The notes beneath the pieces were generated by a model. That model worked only from the letters and a program-made list of their open reading frames with translations, did not search any database and was not told where the DNA came from. DNA of 45,644 nucleotides, taken from a virus. The stretch is taken from IMG/VR virus record IMGVR_UViG_3300045988_113672, one strand, 5' to 3'. Shown here one piece after another: positions 8,059-15,195 of the stretch. Made by a program: the position numbers and the translations under genes. The stretch's first letter is position 1; each line of letters begins with the position of its first letter.

Positions 8059-8454
8059 ATGAACGACTATCTGAGCGTCCGAGGAACGAGGGATTTTGCC
8101 CGCGTCAGCCCGGAGGAGTGTAGACAGTCCAGAATATCCAATAAAGGATATCACCAGCGGCCACGCGGGACAGCGTCGCAGATCGGCACGATGATCAGCC
8201 GGTATCTGTGCGACGGCCTGAAAAGCAGGTGCTGGGACTGCGAGTGCCTGGTGCAGTGCGAGTACGGCAAGCGGTACATGGCGCTGCTGCGCCAGCGGGA
8301 GGCGGACGCGGGACGGCCCTGGATGGGCTACAAGGCGGCCTTAAAGCCGGAGCTGGACGCGTACAGGATCAAGGTTGCGGAGTGGCACAGGCGGCAAGGC
8401 AACCAGAGCGCAAAAGGGAAACGGAGGAAGATGGATGCAGAAGATCACGGATAA
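8059..8454 (+). CDS. hypothetical Cys-rich protein
   Basis: ATG 8059 follows AGGAAGGAAG. The upstream part of track ORF 7885..8454 is just iteron DNA being translated. Confidence 0.6.
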   Translation: MNDYLSVRGTRDFARVSPEECRQSRISNKGYHQRPRGTASQIGTMISRYLCDGLKSRCWDCECLVQCEYGKRYMALLRQREADAGRPWMGYKAALKPELDAYRIKVAEWHRRQGNQSAKGKRRKMDAEDHG

Positions 8455-8626
8455 GTACGACACGGGCTGGATGGAGTGGAAGACGTGCACCTGGTATGGC
8501 AAACGGGTGGAGCGCCCGCGGTGCATCATCTGCGATGAGGCGATCCCGCGCAGGCAGATCCTGTGCCCGGCGTGCAAAAGGGACTGCAAAGAGGTCAAGG
8601 GACTGAATATGAGGATTAGAGAGTGA
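8435..8626 (+). CDS. small zinc-ribbon protein
   Basis: ATG 8435 follows ACGGAGGAAG. It contains CIICDEAIPRRQILCPAC. Confidence 0.5.
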   Translation: MQKITDKYDTGWMEWKTCTWYGKRVERPRCIICDEAIPRRQILCPACKRDCKEVKGLNMRIRE

Positions 8627-8630
8627 CAGC

Positions 8631-8997
8631 ATGACGATTAACGAGTATCAAAAGCTGGCGCAGCGGACGAGCCCGGACGATCATAACAAGCTGCTGAACG
8701 GCTGCATGGGTCTGGCCGGGGAATGCGGCGAGGTGTGCGACGTAATGAAAAAGGCGCTGTTCCAGGGGCACGCGCTGGACAGGGCACACATGATCGAGGA
8801 ATTGGGCGATTGCGCCTGGTATCTGGCTGAGGCCGCGTTCCGGGCTTGGCGTATCGCTGGAAGATATCCTGCTGCAAAACATCGCCAAACTAAAGCGGCG
8901 GTATCCGGCTGGCTTTGATCCGAAACGGAGCATGAACAGGGCGCAGATGGACGCTGGACAGGAGGATGACAGCCATGGCGAAAATACCGATGAATGA
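8631..8997 (+). pseudogene. MazG-like nucleoside triphosphate pyrophosphohydrolase, reading frame broken by an apparent 1-nt insertion near 8842-8844
   Basis: Frame A gives MTINEYQKLAQRT...GLAGECGEVCDVMKKALFQGHALD...ELGDCAWYLAEAAFR. The conserved C-terminus LGVSLEDILLQNIAKLKRRYPAGFDPKRSMNR continues in the +1 frame and ends at TGA 8995-8997. Confidence 0.75.
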
Positions 8998-9403
8998 CAG
9001 TTTTGCCCTTGACAAGTTTGATCCGTACAAGGACACCCTCGTTACCACTGTGCGCGGCACGGCGGAAGAAGTGCGAGAAGTGCTTGATAAACTTATGGGC
9101 GACGAAACGAATAAGATCGAACGCAATACGGTATCGCTGAGGCCGAAATGGATTAGCTCCAAAGATAGGATGCCTGAATATGGGCGGCTTGTGCTGGTGG
9201 TTTGCAAGGTCAGCTCGTCTGAGAATACATTTTTCGCGCAGGCAATTGGTTGCTGCCATGGCCCGAGATTAACCGATGACGCTGAGGGTTGCGATGAAGA
9301 CTGGACAGTGCGGGGAATTAATGTGCCTTGCAGACAGTTGCGAGTTACTCATTGGATGCCGCTTCCACCGTATCCAGAGCAGAAGGAGGACAACGATGAT
9401 TGA
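8975..9403 (+). CDS. DUF551-like protein
   Basis: WISSKDRMPE...VTHWMPLPPYP is the characteristic DUF551 signature. ATG 8975 is 9 nt after GGAGG. Confidence 0.6.
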   Translation: MAKIPMNDSFALDKFDPYKDTLVTTVRGTAEEVREVLDKLMGDETNKIERNTVSLRPKWISSKDRMPEYGRLVLVVCKVSSSENTFFAQAIGCCHGPRLTDDAEGCDEDWTVRGINVPCRQLRVTHWMPLPPYPEQKEDNDD

Positions 9404-9683
9404 GCCCAAAACCGTAAGCATGTGCGTATCCTCGGATTATTGCCGAGGGTGGAACGATGCGTTGAAGGCAGCGGAGGATGTCGTGCCGCATTGGATCAGG
9501 CTGAGCGAGCGGAGGCCGGCGGCGAACCAGATCGTCCTCCTGTGCGGCCACAAAATCTATAGCGACGCACAATTTGTGCTTATGCGGCAGGTTGATGGAT
9601 ACGGCATATTCGAGAACTCGACCGATGATATCTTTACCCACTGGATGCCGCTGCCCGATGCGCCGAAACAGGAAGGAGAGTAA
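9396..9683 (+). CDS. DUF551-like protein (paralogue)
   Basis: WIRLSERRP...FTHWMPLPDAP matches the same signature. ATG 9396 follows AAGGAGG and overlaps the upstream stop. Confidence 0.6.
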   Translation: MIEPKTVSMCVSSDYCRGWNDALKAAEDVVPHWIRLSERRPAANQIVLLCGHKIYSDAQFVLMRQVDGYGIFENSTDDIFTHWMPLPDAPKQEGE

Positions 9684-9685
9684 AC

Positions 9686-9928
9686 ATGGATGAATATCAT
9701 GTAGGCTGCGGTCTGGCTGGCATTTACGCCGGGACGCTGAACAAGCAGGGAACGGAATGGCTAAACAAATCAGAGGTAACGGAAGAAGCGCGGATGGCCG
9801 TTGCCCAGTATGAAAAGGAACGCATGGAAAGAAAAGGCTATAGGGGGGAAACTGTTAAGTGCACCTTCGAAAATGGAGTCGTCCTGACGATTGTATACTC
9901 GCTAGAAAGAACGGGGGACAACCAATGA
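9686..9928 (+). CDS. hypothetical protein
   Basis: ATG start, and the gene is packed between its neighbours. Confidence 0.55.
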   Translation: MDEYHVGCGLAGIYAGTLNKQGTEWLNKSEVTEEARMAVAQYEKERMERKGYRGETVKCTFENGVVLTIVYSLERTGDNQ

Positions 9929-10161
9929 ACGAAACCATTGCCCCGTGCCTTTGCGGCACACTCCCTGTCAAGCAAATGCGAAGCGTTATGCTCGGAAAAC
10001 TGGCTGACGGTGGTTATCCTGTTGTGCAAGGACGGTTTCGCTGCCCGAATTGCGGCCTTTCCCCAAGCTGGGGAATGAGCTATTCGGTTTTCGGCGGTCG
10101 CTGGGATGAGAACATCGCCGTCTGGAACAAATTCATTCAGAAGCAGGAGGCAAAACGATGA
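9925..10161 (+). CDS. Lar-like (restriction alleviation family) zinc-ribbon protein
   Basis: APCLCG...RCPNCG...IAVWNKF resembles the Lar-family layout. The ATGA start overlaps the upstream stop. Confidence 0.4.
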   Translation: MNETIAPCLCGTLPVKQMRSVMLGKLADGGYPVVQGRFRCPNCGLSPSWGMSYSVFGGRWDENIAVWNKFIQKQEAKR

Positions 10162-10241
10162 GTAATATTATCTGCCTGATTATCGGCTGCGTTGTTGGCC
10201 TGACGGTTGCCGCGCTTGTTGCGGCGGGGGAGGATCAATGA
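10158..10241 (+). CDS. 27-aa single-TM peptide (below the track cutoff)
   Basis: MSNIICLIIGCVVGLTVAALVAAGEDQ. It has ATGA overlaps at both ends, which suggests translational coupling. Confidence 0.4.
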   Translation: MSNIICLIIGCVVGLTVAALVAAGEDQ

Positions 10242-10960
10242 GAGTACTGATTGCGTGCGAGGAATCTCAGGAAGTCTGCAAGGCATTCCGCGCGCTGGGG
10301 CATGAGGCGTACAGCTGCGATATCCAGGAGCCATCCGGCGGGCATCCTGAGTGGCATATCCAGGGCGATGCGCTGAAGATTCTGTCGCCGGGTTGGCTGC
10401 CTGATCTGGCGCATGATGATCAGCGCTGGGGAATTGAGTTTTGCACGATGGATAAGGTGTACCACATCGTCGAACAGTGGGATCTGCTGGTAGCGCATCC
10501 GCCGTGTACTTATTTATCAAACGCTGGGGCGCGCTGGCTATACCCGCAAAAAGGCAAGATTGATCGCGAGCGATACGCAAAAGGATTACTTGCAAAACAG
10601 TTTTTCATGCGCTTTTATGATGCAGATTGTCCGCGAATTGCCGTGGAAAATCCCCTGCCCAGCCGCGTGTTTGGCCTTCCGCCCGCGTCGCAGTGGATAC
10701 AGCCATATCAGTATCAATACGATGATGATAGCAGGTGCTGCCATCCGTACACAAAACTAACGGGGTTGTGGCTTAAAGGCTTGCAGCCGCTTACACCAAC
10801 GTCTCCGGATGCTGTGCCGACAAGCCCGTATGTGCCTTCCGATACTGGCCGAAAAAGACAAGACAAATACGGAGCCGCCAAACGCGGAAACGATGCAAAA
10901 AACAGGGCAAAAACTTTTCCGGGAATTGCACGTGCAATGGCGGAACAGTGGGGAGGGTAA
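10238..10960 (+). CDS. C5-cytosine DNA methyltransferase-like protein
   Basis: A motif IV-like AHPPCTYLS and a motif VI-like AVENPL are present. I could not find an N-terminal FxGxG SAM motif (it begins MRVLIACEESQEV). Confidence 0.5.
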   Translation: MRVLIACEESQEVCKAFRALGHEAYSCDIQEPSGGHPEWHIQGDALKILSPGWLPDLAHDDQRWGIEFCTMDKVYHIVEQWDLLVAHPPCTYLSNAGARWLYPQKGKIDRERYAKGLLAKQFFMRFYDADCPRIAVENPLPSRVFGLPPASQWIQPYQYQYDDDSRCCHPYTKLTGLWLKGLQPLTPTSPDAVPTSPYVPSDTGRKRQDKYGAAKRGNDAKNRAKTFPGIARAMAEQWGG

Positions 10961-10966
10961 CGATGG

Positions 10967-11188
10967 ATGGATGCTGATGGGTACAGAGAGGCCAGGCGGA
11001 AATTTTTCGAGGATTTACGGGACAATCACGACAGATCGACCAAGTATTGGAGGCATTTTTGGCGTAAATCAAAGAGCGTGGAAGAAAAGCATGAATTTTA
11101 TGAACGCATGTGCGATTACAGAGAGGCAAGCCAGTACTGTGAGGATGCTATTAAGGCGCTGAAAATGATGGAGGAGGCGGAGGATTGA
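10967..11188 (+). CDS. hypothetical protein
   Basis: The ORF has an ATG start and a charged, helical-looking sequence. Confidence 0.5.
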   Translation: MDADGYREARRKFFEDLRDNHDRSTKYWRHFWRKSKSVEEKHEFYERMCDYREASQYCEDAIKALKMMEEAED

Positions 11189-11395
11189 ATGAAAGAGCAT
11201 GTTTTGTATGTGTGCGATTGCTGCGGGACGCAATACAGTCTCAAAACTTATGCACTGGCCTGCGAAAAGAACCATAAGGCGGCTGCATCTATCAAAAGCG
11301 CGCATTACCTCGGCAAGAAAATCGATAGCACGGGGTATCCGGACAAGATCACCGTTGTATTTGTCGATGGAAGCGAAAGACTGTATAAACGATAA
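11189..11395 (+). CDS. hypothetical protein
   Basis: The ATG follows GGAGGCGGAGGA, and the protein carries CDCCG...C. Confidence 0.5.
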   Translation: MKEHVLYVCDCCGTQYSLKTYALACEKNHKAAASIKSAHYLGKKIDSTGYPDKITVVFVDGSERLYKR

Positions 11396-11406
11396 GGAGG
11401 CTGAAC

Positions 11407-11874
11407 ATGACTGACAAGGTGCTGTGCCCGTACTGCGGGGCGGAGATGAAAAGTAGTGGGTGGGTCAGCCTAATCAACGGAAACTTGGCCTATACGGTTT
11501 GCTCCAACAATCGGTGCAAAAGCGCTGGCCCATATGTAAGGGGCTATGAGACAATGGCCGAAGCCCGCGCCGCCGCCCTTGCCGCCGCCCAGGAGCGATA
11601 CCTGCCTCCCAACAGGCCGCTGACGCTGGATGAGGTTAAGGCGCATTGCAACGGTAGAACGAGTGCAACGCCATTGTGGGTAGAGTTTGATGAGGGCATT
11701 AACAGATGGGTTCGGATTGCTCCTGAAAAGCCGGGATGCGAATTGGATTATGTCACTGTATTTGTCAGCATAATGTCATCGTTATATGGCAAGGAATGGC
11801 GTTGCTGGCTCCGCAAGCCCACGCAGGCGGAAATGGACGCGGCGGGATGGGGAGGAGATGCAACCGATGACTGA
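11407..11874 (+). CDS. protein with an N-terminal Lar-like zinc ribbon
   Basis: CPYCGAEM...VCSNNRCKSAGPY...AEARAAALAAA forms the ribbon region. The ATG follows AAGGAGG. Confidence 0.45.
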   Translation: MTDKVLCPYCGAEMKSSGWVSLINGNLAYTVCSNNRCKSAGPYVRGYETMAEARAAALAAAQERYLPPNRPLTLDEVKAHCNGRTSATPLWVEFDEGINRWVRIAPEKPGCELDYVTVFVSIMSSLYGKEWRCWLRKPTQAEMDAAGWGGDATDD

Positions 11875-12013
11875 TACACAGCTTATTATCCCCCTGATGG
11901 AGGACGCGCTGACCGTGGCCACGCTGCTGATCAAGGCGGGCTACAGGGTGCAGATGCGCAAAAGCAAGGAGGGTACCGCCAAATACATGTATGTGCTTGA
12001 GATTGCGAGGTGA
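11867..12013 (+). CDS. small hypothetical protein (48 aa)
   Basis: ATG 11867 is about 10 nt after GGAGGAG and overlaps the upstream stop. Confidence 0.4.
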   Translation: MTDTQLIIPLMEDALTVATLLIKAGYRVQMRKSKEGTAKYMYVLEIAR

Positions 12014-12017
12014 TCGG

Positions 12018-12530
12018 ATGGACGATAAGGCAACGGCGCGCGGGGCGCTGCAGGAGGACGCTGGAGCGGTTTTTGCGCCGGACAGGGCAACTGCACAGCC
12101 CAGGCAGGACAACCCCGCCAAGCGCTGTCTGCGCCGCTACATTGGCCTGCGCAAGTATCGGGACGCGCTGCGCGACGAGCTGCGGGAGCACTACAGCACG
12201 GCCACGGCCTGCACGGTGCGGCTTAAGCCCATCGCGGTATCTGGCGGCAAGGGCGCTTATGATCGCATGGCCGAGGATGTGTGCCAGATCGTGGATACCA
12301 AGGCCAGGCTCGAGCGGGCGATCTGCAGCCTGGATCAGCAGCTATCCGATATCCTGACGCTGCTGGACGGCCTGAGCGATCAGCGCTACAGGGACGTGCT
12401 GGCCTGCCGCTACATCCGCGGCATGACGTGGGAGCAGGTGGCGCGCGAGACAGGATACGAGATTGCGCAGATATACAGGCTGCACGGGCGGGCGCTGATC
12501 GAGGTCAACAGGGCGCTGGACAGCCGCTAA
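12018..12530 (+). CDS. sigma-70 region-4-like HTH regulator (candidate late-gene activator, RinA/ArpU-like role)
   Basis: The C-terminus YRDVLACRYIRGMTWEQVARETGYEIAQIYRLHGRALIEVNRAL looks like sigma region 4. It is the last plus-strand gene before the packaging module. Confidence 0.5.
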   Translation: MDDKATARGALQEDAGAVFAPDRATAQPRQDNPAKRCLRRYIGLRKYRDALRDELREHYSTATACTVRLKPIAVSGGKGAYDRMAEDVCQIVDTKARLERAICSLDQQLSDILTLLDGLSDQRYRDVLACRYIRGMTWEQVARETGYEIAQIYRLHGRALIEVNRALDSR

Positions 12531-12537
12531 ATAAATA

Positions 12538-12563
12538 AGCCTCCGGGATTTCCGGGGGCTTTT
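12538..12563. terminator. bidirectional intrinsic terminator
   Basis: A 9-bp stem AGCCTCCGG/CCGGGGGCT has loop GATTT, an A-run upstream and a T-run downstream. It sits between convergent genes. Confidence 0.7.
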
Positions 12564-12578
12564 GCTGTGCGGCCAGGA

Positions 12579-12779
12579 TTACCAGCAGGGGTTTGCCTTG
12601 CTCAGCTCCCACTCCTCGCCGTACTTGTCGGCGTGGGCCTGCTCATAGGCCGTAAAAAACTCCTGCTCGGTGCACGGCGCGATCTTGTCGTTGAGCTCCG
12701 CGCAGATGTCGTCATCCATCAGGGCGACGGCGGCGCTGTAATCGATCTCGGTGCCGTTGGCGTTGATAACCTTTGTCAT
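12579..12779 (-). CDS. small, strongly acidic hypothetical protein (66 aa)
   Basis: The RBS is AGGAGG on the minus strand. I counted about 15 D/E against 4 K and no R. Confidence 0.65.
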   Translation of the reverse strand: MTKVINANGTEIDYSAAVALMDDDICAELNDKIAPCTEQEFFTAYEQAHADKYGEEWELSKANPCW

Positions 12780-12906
12780 GTTTTTGTCCTCCTATGCAAA
12801 AGATGATAGTAAATGATAGTGTTACCTGTGCTATAATAGTAGTGTCAAGAGCTGCAAGGGACGCGATCCCCTGCGGCTTTTTGTTTGGAGGTGGTGCCCT
12901 TGTGGG

Positions 12907-13131
12907 TTACGGTATAAGCGCTTCAAGCGGCAATTCTAAGGCTTTCGCAAGGCGGCGCAGACGGTCGGCGGGGACGGGGCGGCTGCCTTGCTCCCATTGC
13001 TGAACCATTCTCTCTGCTGTCCGCCCTTCATACCCGCACATCTCGCCCAACTGGCGCTGTGTGTAGCCCAGGATGATACGGCGCGTCCTGATCAGCTCGC
13101 CAAAGCGGTTGGATGGTGTGTTGTCTGTCAT
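12907..13131 (-). CDS. XRE-family HTH transcriptional regulator
   Basis: FGELIRTRRIILGYTQRQLGEMCGYEGRTAERMVQQWEQG is a typical HTH_3 pattern. Confidence 0.8.
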   Translation of the reverse strand: MTDNTPSNRFGELIRTRRIILGYTQRQLGEMCGYEGRTAERMVQQWEQGSRPVPADRLRRLAKALELPLEALIP

Positions 13132-13181
13132 GCGTCCCCCTCTCTGTCGCCCTCGTAACCTCCGGGGCGGGATGTGATCGG

Positions 13182-13619
13182 TTAGGCGTACAGGATGCCG
13201 GGCGCGTGCTGCTTGGCATCGTACAGCGCCAGGATGGCTGCGTCGTCGTAGTTGGCCGTGATCTTCTGGATGTCGCTAAAGTTGCAGCGCTTAGCGTCGG
13301 GGCCTACGTCGATCCACTGCCCCAGGCCGTGAGACGTGGCCACCTGGCCGCCGTCCTTGTGATGCCACACGGAGAGATGCAGCGCGATGTGGTGCAGGCC
13401 ATTGGGCACGTTGATGGTCTGGCGATAGACCGTTGCCTTGCGCTCGTAGCTGTCCATCCAGGTGAGCGTGGCGGCCAACGTGGTGTTGTCGTCGATCTGG
13501 ATAGCCTTCACAGCCTGCTTCTGGCTCCACAGGAGATAATGCCGCACGTCGAGGCGGAAACCGTTGGACATCTTGGCATTGATGGCGTTGATCTGATCGC
13601 GGGTGATGGACTTAGGCAT
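13182..13619 (-). CDS. hypothetical protein (145 aa)
   Basis: The internal ATG (MPKSITRDQ...) is preceded by AGGAGG. The track ORF extends upstream to 13694. Confidence 0.6.
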   Translation of the reverse strand: MPKSITRDQINAINAKMSNGFRLDVRHYLLWSQKQAVKAIQIDDNTTLAATLTWMDSYERKATVYRQTINVPNGLHHIALHLSVWHHKDGGQVATSHGLGQWIDVGPDAKRCNFSDIQKITANYDDAAILALYDAKQHAPGILYA

Positions 13620-13793
13620 TTTTTCAATCCTCCTGGCCTTTGGCCGGTTTTTTGCTTGCCAGGCGGATTGCGCTATGCTATAATGTAGCTGCATCCTCTG
13701 GCTTTGGTGGTTTGGGGTGATGCGCTGCCGTCTGCGATCTGGTCCATCGTAGGCGGCTTTTTAATTGGGAGGTGGCAAGCCCTCCCGTGGTGG

Positions 13794-13922
13794 TTACTCT
13801 TCTTTGTTCAGGAGCTTTTCAAGCTTCTCGATAGCGTCGTTTTTGTCGGTGCTGCCTTTGATGATGTCGATTACAAGCGTAAGCAGTGCCTTAAACTGAT
13901 AATCTGTCATAATCTCCTGCAT
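13794..13922 (-). CDS. small hypothetical protein (42 aa, below the track cutoff)
   Basis: MQEIMTDYQFKALLTLVIDIIKGSTDKNDAIEKLEKLLNKEE, with AAAGGA upstream. It is the first gene of the minus-strand island. Confidence 0.4.
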   Translation of the reverse strand: MQEIMTDYQFKALLTLVIDIIKGSTDKNDAIEKLEKLLNKEE

Positions 13923-13998
13923 TTGCTATCCTTTCCGGCGCTTGCCCGCCTTGTTTTCCCTTCGGGGTTGTTCCCCTTGGGATGGCTCTATAGTAGCA

Positions 13999-14012
13999 CA
14001 ATCATTTGATTG
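13999..14012. promoter_or_regulatory. perfect palindrome CAATCAttTGATTG flanked by TCTATAG direct repeats (candidate operator)
   Basis: It lies directly upstream of the minus-strand island. The TCTATAG copies are at 13987-13993 and 14015-14021. Confidence 0.4.
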
Positions 14013-14600
14013 CGTCTATAGCGAATTTGGAATAGTGCCATATAATTTTTCATATGGCTGCACTCTCTGCGCCTTCCCTTCCTCTTAATCCATTATATAG
14101 ATATAATTCTTCTATTCCTTTATATCTTCCTATTAAAATGTAGTTTAATCCAAACGAATGGAAATATGTGTATTTGTGAGTCTCGTTTGTGTGAGGTGAT
14201 GTAATGCTCGCTGCTCTTGTGCGTGATCCCCTCCCGGGGTGGGCTGCGCTGGTTGTCGGCTGGCAGCAGATGCGGCAGCGAGGACGGCCAACAGGGCAAG
14301 GCGACGCGCTGACCGGGCAACGTGCGCCGCTGATGGTGGCGCTCTGATGGGCGCTGATCGGTGTATATGCATGCTGTATAGTGTATGATGATACATTGTA
14401 TACAGTATGGATATTCAATTGTTACATTCAGCTACCTTTAACGGATATAGATATAGTATAATCTAGCTGTTTGTATCCGTTATCGATAACTATTCGCAAA
14501 ACATCTCTTTCGCGAATAGTTTGAAAATGCAAAAACAAGGCTGGAGCAGCCGCCGCGCTGACCAGCTGCGCAGCGGAAAAAAGGCCGAGCGGCCCGAAGA

Positions 14601-14650
14601 CCCCACCCCTCCCCCTGGGGGTATAGGGGGGGATGCGATACCCGGGGGGG
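14601..14650. repeat. cluster of C- and G-homopolymer tracts
   Basis: The sequence is CCCCACCCCTCCCCCTGGGGGTATAGGGGGGGATGCGATACCCGGGGGGG, about 110 nt upstream of terS. Confidence 0.6.
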
Positions 14651-14705
14651 CCGAATCGGGTCCGGGACTCCGCCGCCGCGCCGCGACTAAACTAATACAT
14701 CTCCA

Positions 14706-14741
14706 CCCCGATACAGTAGCCATAGCGGGGTAATTTTTTTT
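14706..14741 (+). terminator. intrinsic terminator-like hairpin immediately upstream of the terS RBS
   Basis: The stem is CCCCG/CGGGG (14706-10 and 14726-30), followed by TAATTTTTTTT. The AAAGGAGG RBS follows at 14743. Confidence 0.5.
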
Positions 14742-14757
14742 GAAAGGAGGGTTCTGA

Positions 14758-15174
14758 ATGCGAGCGACAAGAACCGTTTCGAGCTATGGACTTACCCGGC
14801 AGGAAATGAAGATCTGCAAGTTGGCGTTTGAGGGAGTTCCCGACGGAGAAATTGCGGATGAAATCTTTGGCAAAAGCATGGACAGGAAGGAATCCCATAA
14901 CAAGCGCGAAAAAGTAAAACGGATACTACTCCGACCCCATGTTCAGGAAAAATTCAGAGAAATGATGCGGGAACAGGCGCTTCTTGATGTTGGTCATGGT
15001 CTGAAGAAGCTGCGCGAACAGACTGAGAATGAAAGTGGCTGGCTGGCGAACAAGGCAACGAACGATCTGCTGAACCGCATGTGGCCTATGGTCATGGGCG
15101 AGGAAGACAAGTCCGTTGTGGTTAAGATCGAGGGCATGCCTCAACTGGGCACTCCTGACCAGGAAGAAGAATAA
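14758..15174 (+). CDS. terS: terminase small subunit (putative)
   Basis: It sits directly upstream of terL and has an N-terminal HTH-like stretch LTRQEMKICKLAFEGVPDGEIADEI. Confidence 0.55.
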   Translation: MRATRTVSSYGLTRQEMKICKLAFEGVPDGEIADEIFGKSMDRKESHNKREKVKRILLRPHVQEKFREMMREQALLDVGHGLKKLREQTENESGWLANKATNDLLNRMWPMVMGEEDKSVVVKIEGMPQLGTPDQEEE

Positions 15175-15195
15175 CAGGTGTGGAGGGCTGCACTG

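Noticed and set aside
7793-8062. Track ORFs 7793..8062 and the 5' part of 7885..8454 (VTTVTTVT..., SLRSLRSL...).
   Set aside because: The peptide repeats are simply the translated GTAACC/CGTTAC iterons. The real gene starts at ATG 8059, which has a strong RBS.
14521-14733. ORF 14521..14733 (70 aa, TTG start) and the 47-aa frame 14204..14347 as genes.
   Set aside because: The first translates the C/G homopolymer tracts into P/G-rich low-complexity sequence, has no RBS and runs through a terminator hairpin. The second has a plausible RBS but an R/G/A-rich, non-protein-like sequence. Both are left uncalled and noted only under the leader finding.
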